From IMG/VR virus record IMGVR_UViG_3300002835_000132: DNA of 64,000 bases. One strand, given 5' to 3'. Positions 1 to 9,481 of this stretch are shown in pieces (the first letter of the stretch is position 1; the number at the start of each line of letters is the position of its first letter). Under the pieces are notes generated by a model. It saw only the letters and a list, made by a program, of their open reading frames with translations, did not search any database and was not told the DNA's origin. A program made the position numbers and the translations under genes. The stretch comes from an uncultured virus (IMG/VR IMGVR_UViG_3300002835_000132) (lineage: Duplodnaviria > Heunggongvirae > Uroviricota > Caudoviricetes).

Positions 1-1002
1 GGACATGTTGCCAACATGTATTTCTATAACAGACAATTAAGCCTTGCTGAAATAACACAACAATACAATTATTTGGCACCAAGATTTGTGGAACCAACGC
101 CAACACCTACAACAACGAGTACTCCAACCAATACTAGTACAACAACCACTACTCCGACACCAACAACAACTAACACTCCGACCCCAACTTTACCTGATTT
201 AGATTTCTTACTGTTTGAAGATAATTCAGTTGCAACTGCGGAAAATGATGATAATATTCAAATTGATAATATTCCATCACCTACACCAACAAATACAACA
301 ACCACTACTCCGACACCAACTTCAACACCTGCTGTGCCTGTAACAAGTAACCTTAGGTTATATTACGACCCAAGTAATCCATCAAGTTACCCTGGTACTG
401 GTACAACAATTAATGATTTATCTGGTAATGGATTAAATGGAACAATGTCCAATATCACATATACATCACCATACTTCACATATAATGGAACCTCATCACA
501 AGTTAGTGTTGCGGATAATGTGTTATTAGAACCAGGAAGTGGGGATTGGACTATGGAAGTATGGGTTAACCAATCGGTTTTGGGTAATGATGTTGTATTA
601 GGGAAGTTCAATAATGGAGGGCTTTCAGCAAACGTAAGTTATAGTATTAGAACAACCAACACTACATATTACACTCAAATAGGTAATGGTATTGGTGTTG
701 TTAACAGTACTAATTATACAGGAACAATTGGTACGTGGTACCAATTAGTTTATGTGTTTACTAATGTTGCGTCTAATACGCTTCAAACATTTGTAAATGG
801 AGTAAGTATAGGAAGTGCGGCACATAGTTTGGCTAGTGTATTAAACTCAGTTAATCCACTTTATATAGGTAGTTACAATGGAGGAGAGTACCCTCAATGG
901 TTTGATGGAAAAATTGGTATAACACGTTTATACGACGCATCATTAACTTCATCACAAGTTTTACAAAACTTCAATGCAGATAAATCCAAATATGGACTAT
1001 AA
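1..1002 (+). CDS. 5'-truncated LamG/concanavalin A-like lectin domain protein with Pro/Thr-rich linkers (probable virion fibre or decoration protein)
   Basis: The frame is open from base 1 and ends one LamG domain (YNRQLSLAEITQQYN). PT-rich linkers follow, then a full LamG-like domain (WTMEVW...WYQLVYV...FDGKIGITRLYDASLT). Confidence 0.8.
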   Translation, partial: GHVANMYFYNRQLSLAEITQQYNYLAPRFVEPTPTPTTTSTPTNTSTTTTTPTPTTTNTPTPTLPDLDFLLFEDNSVATAENDDNIQIDNIPSPTPTNTTTTTPTPTSTPAVPVTSNLRLYYDPSNPSSYPGTGTTINDLSGNGLNGTMSNITYTSPYFTYNGTSSQVSVADNVLLEPGSGDWTMEVWVNQSVLGNDVVLGKFNNGGLSANVSYSIRTTNTTYYTQIGNGIGVVNSTNYTGTIGTWYQLVYVFTNVASNTLQTFVNGVSIGSAAHSLASVLNSVNPLYIGSYNGGEYPQWFDGKIGITRLYDASLTSSQVLQNFNADKSKYGL

Positions 1003-1023
1003 AAAAAATTAATATAAAATAAA

Positions 1024-1533
1024 ATGGCAAATACAAAAATAAGTCAATTACCAACATTTACGGGAGACACCACGGGTACTTATATTGTTATGGATAATAG
1101 TAGTTTAACTGAAACCTTTAAAGTTCCAAAAGAAACATTATTTAGTGGATATTCAACAAATGTAGTGTCACCAGTCTCAGGTAGTTGGACGGTGACTCCA
1201 GGGACTAATAACTACAGTTTTACAGTTGATATTAATAACACATATAACTTATGGGCTCTTGCAAATATACCAAATGGTATAATAGTTTATAATGCCACAG
1301 TAAGTGTTAGTAATACTAATGTACCCGTAATTGGTGTTCAGTATGCATGGAATTATACTGGTGGGGGTAGTCCAATATTGTTTACAAGCATACCTGCACA
1401 GATTATAGGAACTGCAGGTGCAATATCCACCGATTCAACAGTTGTTACATCAACAAATACATTTGTATTCGGTATTCAAAACAATACGGCATCAAATATT
1501 ACGGTTAATTACGGATATATTAAAATAAGTTAA
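1024..1533 (+). CDS. Putative virion fibre/structural protein
   Basis: N-terminal KISQLP motif common in phage fibre proteins; beta-rich T/N/S composition. Confidence 0.5.
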   Translation: MANTKISQLPTFTGDTTGTYIVMDNSSLTETFKVPKETLFSGYSTNVVSPVSGSWTVTPGTNNYSFTVDINNTYNLWALANIPNGIIVYNATVSVSNTNVPVIGVQYAWNYTGGGSPILFTSIPAQIIGTAGAISTDSTVVTSTNTFVFGIQNNTASNITVNYGYIKIS

Positions 1534-1534
1534 A

Positions 1535-2104
1535 ATGTATACAACCGACTGTAACTACTTTAGAATAACAAATTATAATAACACTCAAGAAGGGTATTAT
1601 AAGTGGACAGGATGTACTGACATTGTTAGTGTTAGTACGATTAATCCATTAGAAACCGAATACGTTTGTGCAAAAGACGTATCCGTTGAAAGTTACAGTG
1701 CACCTTTAGATATTGTATTTGTTGGACTATGTCCTTCAACAACACCAACACCAACTATTACCTCGACTCCAACTCAAAGTTCGGTAACACCAACACCTAC
1801 TTCTACATCACCAACACCAAGTCCTACCGCAACACCAACGATGACTCCAACAACTGTTTATATGTATAACTTACGAACAGGTGGTTGGTATCAGAATGTT
1901 TGTCAGTCTGTTAGTATGATTGCAAATCCTAGTAACGTACAAATTTTTACATCAAAACCTTTCACGTCATTAGAACCAGGTGATTATGTATACGGTAACC
2001 AATCATTAACAATACCTCCAATAGGTGCTGACTTTACAATATCAAACGGTAATAGATTCATTCAACTTAGTGGTAATCAAATTATTAATGTTGGGTTATG
2101 TTAA
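1535..2104 (+). CDS. Thr/Pro-rich (mucin-like) protein with Cys-containing N- and C-terminal modules
   Basis: Central TPTPT tract flanked by small Cys-bounded domains. Confidence 0.7.
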   Translation: MYTTDCNYFRITNYNNTQEGYYKWTGCTDIVSVSTINPLETEYVCAKDVSVESYSAPLDIVFVGLCPSTTPTPTITSTPTQSSVTPTPTSTSPTPSPTATPTMTPTTVYMYNLRTGGWYQNVCQSVSMIANPSNVQIFTSKPFTSLEPGDYVYGNQSLTIPPIGADFTISNGNRFIQLSGNQIINVGLC

Positions 2105-2137
2105 AGGATAAAATAAAAGTTTTGAGTATTTATTAAC

Positions 2138-2617
2138 ATGGCAGATTGTGGTGTATATATTTCAAGTGTAAGTTTAAGCGGGTTAACTACCGAAGTTACG
2201 TTTTTTCCTCAAACGGGAGGGACTTCCGTTGACTTAGGTAATCAAATTTTTCCGTTTAGTTATGTTGCGGATTATTATTACGGAACATATAATTGTTACG
2301 TTCCAACATATGCTTATTCGTATACTGTTGTGGTACCAGCACCGAGTCCTACACCAACAACCACATCAACTCCAACACCTACACCAACCGCTCCAACACC
2401 TACGCCAACAGAAACTCCAACTAATACTCCAACAGAAACATCAACTCAAACACCAAGTCCAACACCTACAAATACGGAAACTCCAACTAATACTCCAACA
2501 CCTACAAATACGGAAACTCCAACTAATACTCCAACTCCAACCAATACGGAAACTCCAACTAACACTCCAACACCAACCAATACGGAAACTCCAACACCAA
2601 CCCCAACCACCACATAA
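2138..2617 (+). CDS. Thr/Pro-rich (mucin-like) protein ending in a PT-repeat tail
   Basis: About 65 aa N-terminal domain, then about 90 aa of mostly T/P/E/N; TATTTAT lies 4 nt upstream of the ATG. Confidence 0.75.
   Translation: MADCGVYISSVSLSGLTTEVTFFPQTGGTSVDLGNQIFPFSYVADYYYGTYNCYVPTYAYSYTVVVPAPSPTPTTTSTPTPTPTAPTPTPTETPTNTPTETSTQTPSPTPTNTETPTNTPTPTNTETPTNTPTPTNTETPTNTPTPTNTETPTPTPTTT
2459..2600 (+). repeat. About 4 copies of a 36-nt tandem repeat encoding [12 protein letters not shown]
   Basis: Unit ccaacacctacaaatacggaaactccaactaatact, repeated with synonymous changes. Confidence 0.85.
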
Positions 2618-2699
2618 CAACCGATAATAAATTAAAAATAAAAATCAATTTAGAAAATTAGGATAAATCGTAGTATTTATTTAGTAAATAACATTTAAG

Positions 2700-3782
2700 A
2701 TGGCATGTAGCAAATATACTCTAACAAATACGGGTTCCACGATTGTGAACTTTAATTACAGACGATGTGATGATTCTCTATGGGAATATCAAGTTGAACT
2801 AAATCCAGGTCAAACAAAAAACATTTGGTTACTTAACGGAACGTTTTCGATTGCCCCTGTTTATACCACTATGATTTCTCTTATTAATCAAGGAGCGTTT
2901 CCACCGATTAGTGAAACGGCAACGCCAACGCCTACACCAAGTGTTACACCAAGTAATACTCCAACAGGAACTGCTGCGGTGACACCGACACCAACTAATA
3001 CAGGAACTCCAACAGGAACTCCAACGAATACTCCAACAGGTACTTCAGCGTCTACACCAACTCCAACTCCAACGAATACTGAAACTCCAACGAATACACC
3101 AACAGGTACTTCGGCGGTTACTTCAACACCAACTCCAACAAGTACGGAAACACCAACTCCAACTAACACCTCTACAGTAACACCAACGAATACTCAAACT
3201 CCAACTCCAACAGACCCACAACCAGCAAGATATGAGTTCTCAGTTAACCATAGTGAGACTTCTTCTGAGGAAGCTTGTTATACTACTAATAACGCAACAA
3301 TATTCGGTAACGCAGCAACTTTCCAAGAAACAGTTGATGAATATAATTTCTTCTGGGCTTGTCCAACAGGAACTTGTCCTGAGGTAGATTTAGCAGGATG
3401 GTATATTAATGATGGTGATGTTTATGAATTAGACAGTGAAGGTAATGTATTAGGAATTGCTCCATGTGGAGTAACTCCAACACCAACAGTAACTCCTTCA
3501 GTAACACCAACTAATACTCCAACACCAACACAAACAATAGGATACTACCAATATAGTTTAGGTACAGGAGCAACATCTACAGATGCTTGTACAGACTTCA
3601 GTGTAGCACCTAATACAATCTACGGAACTGTCGCGGGTGGTGAAGGTCCAAATGTTAATGAATCACTATACTTCAACACAGGATTAACTGTCCCTGTAAT
3701 TGATGGATACTATTCTAACGGATTTAGATGGTATCAAGTAACAGGTGGTTCAGGATTAATTACCGCAAGTAACCTTTGTTAA
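2700..3782 (+). CDS. Thr/Pro-rich (mucin-like) multidomain protein with two Cys-bounded modules
   Basis: N-terminal Cys domain, about 100 aa TP tract, Cys module, second TP tract, second Cys module. Confidence 0.75.
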   Translation: MACSKYTLTNTGSTIVNFNYRRCDDSLWEYQVELNPGQTKNIWLLNGTFSIAPVYTTMISLINQGAFPPISETATPTPTPSVTPSNTPTGTAAVTPTPTNTGTPTGTPTNTPTGTSASTPTPTPTNTETPTNTPTGTSAVTSTPTPTSTETPTPTNTSTVTPTNTQTPTPTDPQPARYEFSVNHSETSSEEACYTTNNATIFGNAATFQETVDEYNFFWACPTGTCPEVDLAGWYINDGDVYELDSEGNVLGIAPCGVTPTPTVTPSVTPTNTPTPTQTIGYYQYSLGTGATSTDACTDFSVAPNTIYGTVAGGEGPNVNESLYFNTGLTVPVIDGYYSNGFRWYQVTGGSGLITASNLC

Positions 3783-3807
3783 CTAAATTAAAAAAAATAA
3801 TATAACT

Positions 3808-3840
3808 AAAACCCTTCACCTTCGTGAAGGGTTTTTTATT
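3808..3840 (+). terminator. Intrinsic terminator
   Basis: aaaacccttcac-cttc-gtgaagggtttt hairpin followed by a T tract. Confidence 0.8.
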
Positions 3841-3862
3841 TTTAGGATAAAATATACTGTAA

Positions 3863-5128
3863 ATGAAAATTTTTGTACAAATTGCGTCTTATAGAGACCC
3901 ACAACTAGTTCCAACCATAAAAGATATGTTAGCAAACGCTAAGAAACCAAAGAACTTGGTATTCTCAATTGCCAGACAATTCGCAGAAGAAGATGGATTC
4001 GATAACTTAGACGAATTCAGAAACGATAAGAGATTTAAAATATTAGATATACCATATGAAGAGGCTAAGGGTGTATGTTGGGCGAGAAACCTGACACAAC
4101 AACTTTATGACGGAGAGACTTATACTCTTCAAATTGACTCTCACATGAGATTTGTTAAAGATTGGGATGATATCTTAATCAAGATGATTAAGGGTCTACA
4201 AAAGGATGGGTACAAGAAGCCTCTACTTACGGGTTATGTACCATCCTTCGACCCTGAAAACGACCCAGCGGGAAGAGCAACAGACGCTTGGAGAATGGTA
4301 TTCGATAGATTCATTCCTGAAGGAGCGGTATTTTTCTTACCTGAAACAATTCCAGGTTGGAGAGAAATGAAAAAACCTGTTACCGCAAGATTCTACTCAG
4401 CTCACTTCTGTTTCACATTAGGAGAGTTTTCAAAAGAAGTTCAACACAACCCCGAATACTATTTCCACGGAGAAGAAATTTCAATCGCCGCAAGAGCTTA
4501 CACATGGGGTTATGATTTATTCCACCCACATATTCCTGTAGTTTATCACGAGTACACTCGTAAAGGTAGAACTAAACAATGGGATGACGATAAAACTTGG
4601 GGAGATAAAAACAAACACTCTCATTTGACGAATAGAAAACTATTTGGAATGGATGGTGAGAAACAAGAAGGTCATGACGGTCCTTACGGATTTGGTACCG
4701 TTAGAACATTAAAAGATTATGAAAAGTATTCAGGTCTTTTATTTGAAAAACGAGCAATCGACAAGTACACCTTGGATAAGAACTATCCACCAAACCCTTA
4801 TAATTTTGAAACAGAACAAGAATGGAAAGATAGTTTCTGTATGGTCTTCAAACACTGTATTGATATTGGATATTCTCAAGTTCCTGAAACAGATTATGAT
4901 TTTTGGGTTGTTGCTTTCCACAACGATAAAGATGAGACTCTATACAGAAAAGATGCCGACAAGAATGAGATTGCAGGTTTCATGAGAGACCCCGACAAGT
5001 ATTGTAAAGTGTGGAGAGATTTCCAAACAGATGAAATGCCTTCTTACTGGGTAGTATGGCCTCACTCAGAATCTAAAGGATGGTGTGATAGAATAACAGG
5101 TCGATTAACTCACAATCACGTTAGTTAA
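3863..5128 (+). CDS. GT60-like (Skp1/polypeptide alpha-GlcNAc transferase, 'GlcNAc' family) glycosyltransferase with an extra C-terminal domain
   Basis: IFVQIASYRDP, GVCWAR, LQIDSHMRFVKDWD (DSH metal motif) and HGEEISIAARAYTWGYD match the Gnt1-type family as I recall it. Confidence 0.85.
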   Translation: MKIFVQIASYRDPQLVPTIKDMLANAKKPKNLVFSIARQFAEEDGFDNLDEFRNDKRFKILDIPYEEAKGVCWARNLTQQLYDGETYTLQIDSHMRFVKDWDDILIKMIKGLQKDGYKKPLLTGYVPSFDPENDPAGRATDAWRMVFDRFIPEGAVFFLPETIPGWREMKKPVTARFYSAHFCFTLGEFSKEVQHNPEYYFHGEEISIAARAYTWGYDLFHPHIPVVYHEYTRKGRTKQWDDDKTWGDKNKHSHLTNRKLFGMDGEKQEGHDGPYGFGTVRTLKDYEKYSGLLFEKRAIDKYTLDKNYPPNPYNFETEQEWKDSFCMVFKHCIDIGYSQVPETDYDFWVVAFHNDKDETLYRKDADKNEIAGFMRDPDKYCKVWRDFQTDEMPSYWVVWPHSESKGWCDRITGRLTHNHVS

Positions 5129-5874
5129 TGAAGTTTAACGAAATTCCCAAGTTTGTAATTAATTTGGATAGAAGACCCGATAGAATGGAGTCGATTACTA
5201 AAGAGATGGAATACCTCGGATGGGAATTCGAAAGGTTCTCAGCAATCGACACCAATTCTTATATGGGGATTACCAAATCAACTCTCGAAATCATTAAGAT
5301 TGCGAAAGAAAGAAATTACCCTCGAGTAATGATTATTGAGGACGACTGTGGGGTTATGCCGTACGCTAAAGACTTACTACAAAAGATAGAAGATTCATGT
5401 CCTAACTTAGAATTCGCTATGATGAATTTAGGTCCGACTCAAAATAGACCAATAAACATCAGTGAGAATTGTGAACTATTGTTAGACATGACTAACCTAC
5501 CTGACGCTCCCGAAGAGGCGAGAGGTATATTTGGTGCGAATATGGTTATTTACGACCAATCAATCTACGATACAATGTTTGATATTTCGTTAACCGCATA
5601 TACAAGTAGTGGAGAATATTATCATGCGTTAGACGATTATACTTTTAAATTTATAGTTCAAAAATATCAAAGTTATTGTCCTATAATTCCAATTGCCCCT
5701 CAGAAAACAAGTTATTCAAATATTTCTGAAGGAGTATATAATAACTGGTATATGCAAACATACAATTGGAATAGGTGGTGTCCTACCAAAATTCCAAATG
5801 AATTCATGGACCAGTATAAAGTTCAAGAGGTTAAAGACCGAAATGAACACAAAGAATTTTATTATGTCAGTTAA
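5128..5874 (+). CDS. GT25-like glycosyltransferase
   Basis: FVINLDRRPDR, ERFSAID and IIEDD motifs; TAATG coupling to the upstream gene. Confidence 0.8.
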   Translation: MKFNEIPKFVINLDRRPDRMESITKEMEYLGWEFERFSAIDTNSYMGITKSTLEIIKIAKERNYPRVMIIEDDCGVMPYAKDLLQKIEDSCPNLEFAMMNLGPTQNRPINISENCELLLDMTNLPDAPEEARGIFGANMVIYDQSIYDTMFDISLTAYTSSGEYYHALDDYTFKFIVQKYQSYCPIIPIAPQKTSYSNISEGVYNNWYMQTYNWNRWCPTKIPNEFMDQYKVQEVKDRNEHKEFYYVS

Positions 5875-6745
5875 ATTTATAACGTCAATATATAGTGACT
5901 TATATGGTACCGAATTTGGTGGAAGACCAAATAGAGGAGGTCACTATAGATACAGCTTGTTATCCTTATTAAAGATGACAGATGCCGATTTTTTATGTTA
6001 CACCTCAGACAGAGAATTACCTTCACTTGAAGAGTTTTTTTATATTGAACATTCAATATCCAAAGAGAAACTTAAATTTCAAGTGTTTGACATTGGTAAC
6101 ACCAAGTTTAAAGATTTGATTAACCAATATAAAAATATTGAAGAGACGAAGAACGGTGATAGATGTGTGGAGGTTCAATACAGTAAATTTCATTGGTGGT
6201 GGAACGAAGATAAGTCCTACGACTATTATTATTGGATTGATGCTGGATTATCTCACTGCGGATTAATTCCTTTGAAATATCTTACAAGTGAACACATCCA
6301 ACAAAGATATTACGAAAGTAACTTATTCAATAACGAGTTCCTAAAAAATGTTATTGAAGATACTCAAGATAAGTTCCTTATTTTAGGTAAGGAGAATGAC
6401 CGAAACTATTGGTCGGGTACTGTGGATAGAAAATGGTATAAAGAATACGACAGAAGTATCCATGTAATTGGTGGTATGTTTGGTGGACACAGAGATAAGT
6501 GGGATGAAATAGTTGGATTGTTTGAAGATTATATACAAAAAATTATATCTGAAGACAAAGGTCTTCCTCACGAAGAACATGTTATGACGTTAATGTATTT
6601 TAATCATTTAGATTTATTTGTGAGAAAACATTTCGATATTTGGTGGTGTAGAGACAACGCTCCTAAAGGAGTATCAAACGAACTTTTTGAACAGAACAAA
6701 AGTTTCTATAAAATTTTAGAAGAATTCAACAGAATATATGAGTAA
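5864..6745 (+). CDS. HtrL/YibB-like putative glycosyltransferase
   Basis: YYWIDAG, IGGMFGG and HEE motifs. The start is moved from 5693 to the ATG at 5864 (MSVKFITSIY), which overlaps the upstream stop. Confidence 0.65.
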   Translation: MSVKFITSIYSDLYGTEFGGRPNRGGHYRYSLLSLLKMTDADFLCYTSDRELPSLEEFFYIEHSISKEKLKFQVFDIGNTKFKDLINQYKNIEETKNGDRCVEVQYSKFHWWWNEDKSYDYYYWIDAGLSHCGLIPLKYLTSEHIQQRYYESNLFNNEFLKNVIEDTQDKFLILGKENDRNYWSGTVDRKWYKEYDRSIHVIGGMFGGHRDKWDEIVGLFEDYIQKIISEDKGLPHEEHVMTLMYFNHLDLFVRKHFDIWWCRDNAPKGVSNELFEQNKSFYKILEEFNRIYE

Positions 6746-8411
6746 TATAACTTTAGTAACAGGTATATGGGACATCGGTAGAGGAGAACTTACCGAAGGT
6801 TGGTCAAGACCGTACCAACATTATTTAGATAAATTTGAGAAACTATTAGAGGTTGAGGAAAACCTTATAATATTCGGTGACGAAGAGTTAAGAGAATTTG
6901 TTTTCAAAAAAAGAAAACCCGAGAACACTCAATTTATTGTTAGACCATTATCATGGTTTACCAACTCAGAGTTTTTTCCAATGATTCAAAAAATTAGAAC
7001 AAACCCTAACTGGTATAACCAAGTTGGTTGGTTAAAGGAATCAACACAGTCTCGTTTAGAGAACTATAATCCTTTAGTAATGTCTAAGGTGTTCTTACTA
7101 CATGACGCCAAAATTATGGACCAATTCGATTCAGAATATATGTTTTGGATTGATGGTGGATTAACAAACACAGTACACCCTGGATACTTCACACATGATA
7201 AAGTGTTGGATAAGTTATCAAAATACGTATCAAAGTTTTCATTTATTAGTTTTCCTTACGGAGCTGAGAATGAAATTCATGGATTTGAATATAACAAACT
7301 AAATTCTATTGCGGGTGCGAAGGTAACTAAAGTTGCTCGTGGAGGGTTTTTTGGTGGTCCTAAACACACCATTGGAGATATTAATGGTATCTATTACGGA
7401 TTATTAAAATCTACATTAGATGAGGGTTATATGGGAACTGAAGAATCAATTTTCAGTATTATGACCTATAAACATTCTGACTTGATTAATTACTTTGAAA
7501 TTGAATCCAACGGATTAGTTGGAAAGTTTTTTGAGGATTTAAAAAATGATGAACTTAAAGTAAAAAGTGAAAATGCTGGTAAAGAAACTAACTCATTGGA
7601 TACTAACAAGGTGGGATTATATGTTATTACATTCAATAGTCCTAAACAATTTAGAACTCTTATCGATTCTATGTTGGCTTACGATGGAGATTATATTTTA
7701 AAAACTAAAAAGTTTTTATTAGATAATTCATCTGATTTAACAACAACCGAAGAGTATATTAAAATTTGTGAAGAATTCGGATTTGAACATATTAAAAAAG
7801 ATAACTTAGGTATTTGTGGTGGTAGACAGTGGATTGCCGAACACTTTGATAAGACCGACTTAGATTATTATTTGTTCTTTGAAGATGATATGTTTTTCTT
7901 TCCAAATGAAGGAACTGTTTGTCGAAACGGATTTAATAGATATACTCCAAACTTATATACCAAGTCATTAGAGATTATTAAGAAAGAAAATTTTGATTTC
8001 TTAAAGATGAATTATTCAGAATTCTATGGAGACAACGGTACTCAATGGTCATGGTATAACGTACCTCAAAGTGTAAGAGAAGAATTTTGGCCAAGTAAAC
8101 CAAGACTACCTCAAATTGGACTTGACCCTAACGCGCCTAAAACTCAATTCAACGCGGTTTTATCACACAAAGGAGTACCATATGCTGTAGGTGAAGTTTA
8201 CTATTGTAACTGGCCTCAAATTGTTAGTAGAATAGGTAATAAAAAGATGTTTTTAGATACAACATGGGCACACCCGTTCGAACAAACGTGGATGAGTCAC
8301 ATGTATCAACTAGTTAAAAAGGATGAACTTTACCCAGGTTTATTACTTATGACACCTACAGAACACGATAGATTCGAACATTATAATAGAGAGTTGCGTA
8401 AAGAATCATAA
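6738..8411 (+). CDS. Two-domain glycosyltransferase: HtrL/YibB-like N-terminus plus GT-A fold C-terminus
   Basis: TLVTGIWDIGR, FWIDGG, GGFFGG and GTEE in the N-terminal half; NLGICGGR and FFEDD in the C-terminal half. Confidence 0.7.
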   Translation: MSNITLVTGIWDIGRGELTEGWSRPYQHYLDKFEKLLEVEENLIIFGDEELREFVFKKRKPENTQFIVRPLSWFTNSEFFPMIQKIRTNPNWYNQVGWLKESTQSRLENYNPLVMSKVFLLHDAKIMDQFDSEYMFWIDGGLTNTVHPGYFTHDKVLDKLSKYVSKFSFISFPYGAENEIHGFEYNKLNSIAGAKVTKVARGGFFGGPKHTIGDINGIYYGLLKSTLDEGYMGTEESIFSIMTYKHSDLINYFEIESNGLVGKFFEDLKNDELKVKSENAGKETNSLDTNKVGLYVITFNSPKQFRTLIDSMLAYDGDYILKTKKFLLDNSSDLTTTEEYIKICEEFGFEHIKKDNLGICGGRQWIAEHFDKTDLDYYLFFEDDMFFFPNEGTVCRNGFNRYTPNLYTKSLEIIKKENFDFLKMNYSEFYGDNGTQWSWYNVPQSVREEFWPSKPRLPQIGLDPNAPKTQFNAVLSHKGVPYAVGEVYYCNWPQIVSRIGNKKMFLDTTWAHPFEQTWMSHMYQLVKKDELYPGLLLMTPTEHDRFEHYNRELRKES

Positions 8412-8427
8412 CAGTATATTTATTGTT

Positions 8428-8805
8428 ATGGAATTTTATATTAAAAAGAATGCAACTTTACCTGTTTTAAAAATGCAGGTAGTAAAAGACGGGAGGTCAG
8501 GTTATTTGCAACTTATGCAAGACTTGGAGGTTTCCACTATCTATTTTACTATGATTGATGTGGAAACAGGAATTCCTAAAATAGTTTCAGCCCCATGTGA
8601 GATTGTTAATTTAATCTTGCCTGAAGGTGCCGACCCCGAATACTACATTTATTTCAAGTTTACTGAAAGAGACACTAATACACCTGGAAGATATACAGGA
8701 CAGTTTTTAATACAGAACGATGAGGGTAATTTAATTCTTCCAATCAGAGAAGAACTTTACATAAACATACAAGATAGTTTCATATCTAAAACCGCTTGTT
8801 GTTAA
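8428..8805 (+). CDS. Small Ig-like structural protein (BppU N-terminal-like)
   Basis: FYIKKNATLP...YFKFTERDTNTPGRYTGQF pattern; TATTTAT 4 nt upstream of the ATG. Confidence 0.5.
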   Translation: MEFYIKKNATLPVLKMQVVKDGRSGYLQLMQDLEVSTIYFTMIDVETGIPKIVSAPCEIVNLILPEGADPEYYIYFKFTERDTNTPGRYTGQFLIQNDEGNLILPIREELYINIQDSFISKTACC

Positions 8806-9300
8806 ATGAAGTTAACTAAACTACTAACTCAGATAATTTTAGAAGATAGTGGCAGCGGTATAATACCTGTTACAAAATTTGTCTATGACGGATATTTAAT
8901 TAACCTTACAGCCTCCTACCACCAATGGAATGAGAGACAAGGGCTTAAATCTTTGGAAGAAATTGTTAACATATACGAATACAATGCCGTCTATAAGGAA
9001 AAATATTATGATAGGGTTGGGGTTCCGAATAGAATGATTAAAGAAATTTTTACAGATAACTTTGAGGTGATTAAAAATAGAATGTCAAAGTTAAGTTTAG
9101 TCAGACCTGACAATACGGTTGTTTTTGTTAAGGAGGTTGGAGAGGCTCTTGATTTACCACAGTATATGGACTACGCTGAAATTATTCTTTTAACTGAGGA
9201 TTTAAAAAATTATAAGATTATAACTTCAGTATTTTCACCGACAGGGACTTATTTAAAAAAGTTTGGAAAAAATCAAAATAGTCCAAGATTTACGCTGTAA
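8806..9300 (+). CDS. Hypothetical protein, possible BECR-fold RNase with an N-terminal ...IILE leader
   Basis: HQWNER and terminal KIITSVF motifs; the functional call is a weak inference. Confidence 0.35.
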   Translation: MKLTKLLTQIILEDSGSGIIPVTKFVYDGYLINLTASYHQWNERQGLKSLEEIVNIYEYNAVYKEKYYDRVGVPNRMIKEIFTDNFEVIKNRMSKLSLVRPDNTVVFVKEVGEALDLPQYMDYAEIILLTEDLKNYKIITSVFSPTGTYLKKFGKNQNSPRFTL

Positions 9301-9316
9301 AAATAAAATTTTATAC

Positions 9317-9324
9317 TATCTTTG
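9317..9324 (+). promoter_or_regulatory. Bacteroidota-type -7 promoter element (TAnnTTTG)
   Basis: TATCTTTG lies about 40 nt upstream of the small ORF at 9363; no clear -33 TTTG. Confidence 0.55.
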
Positions 9325-9362
9325 TACTCAACAAAACGATAACCCTTTAAAACACAAACACC

Positions 9363-9476
9363 ATGACAACTGTAACCCTAACAATGCAAGAGATTTGGAT
9401 GTCAACAAGACCATCAATCCAAAAAAGTAAAAAAGCCTACACAAGAAAACCAAAATACAAACAAAAGTACAACTAA
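9363..9476 (+). CDS. 37-aa basic peptide, ArfA-like (not in the ORF track)
   Basis: MTTVTLTMQEIWMSTRPSIQKSKKAYTRKPKYKQKYN, with its own promoter element, A-rich leader and terminator. Confidence 0.65.
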   Translation: MTTVTLTMQEIWMSTRPSIQKSKKAYTRKPKYKQKYN

Positions 9477-9481
9477 TAGAT

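Noticed and set aside
2459..2600. 36-nt repeats as a possible CRISPR array
   Set aside because: They have no spacers, lie in frame within a coding sequence and vary at synonymous positions.
2262..2627. Gln/His/Leu-rich 121-aa ORF, and the antisense Val/Gly-rich ORF at 2888-3169
   Set aside because: These are alternative-frame shadows of the TP-repeat codons.
5693..5863. Long N-terminal extensions in the ORF track (also 17238, 40429, 44688)
   Set aside because: They overlap upstream genes or promoter motifs; downstream ATGs fit coupling or promoter positions better.
3863..8411. Glycosyltransferases as DNA-hypermodification enzymes
   Set aside because: No hydroxymethylase or other base-modification genes are adjacent, and the families resemble protein/glycan transferases; disfavoured but not excluded.
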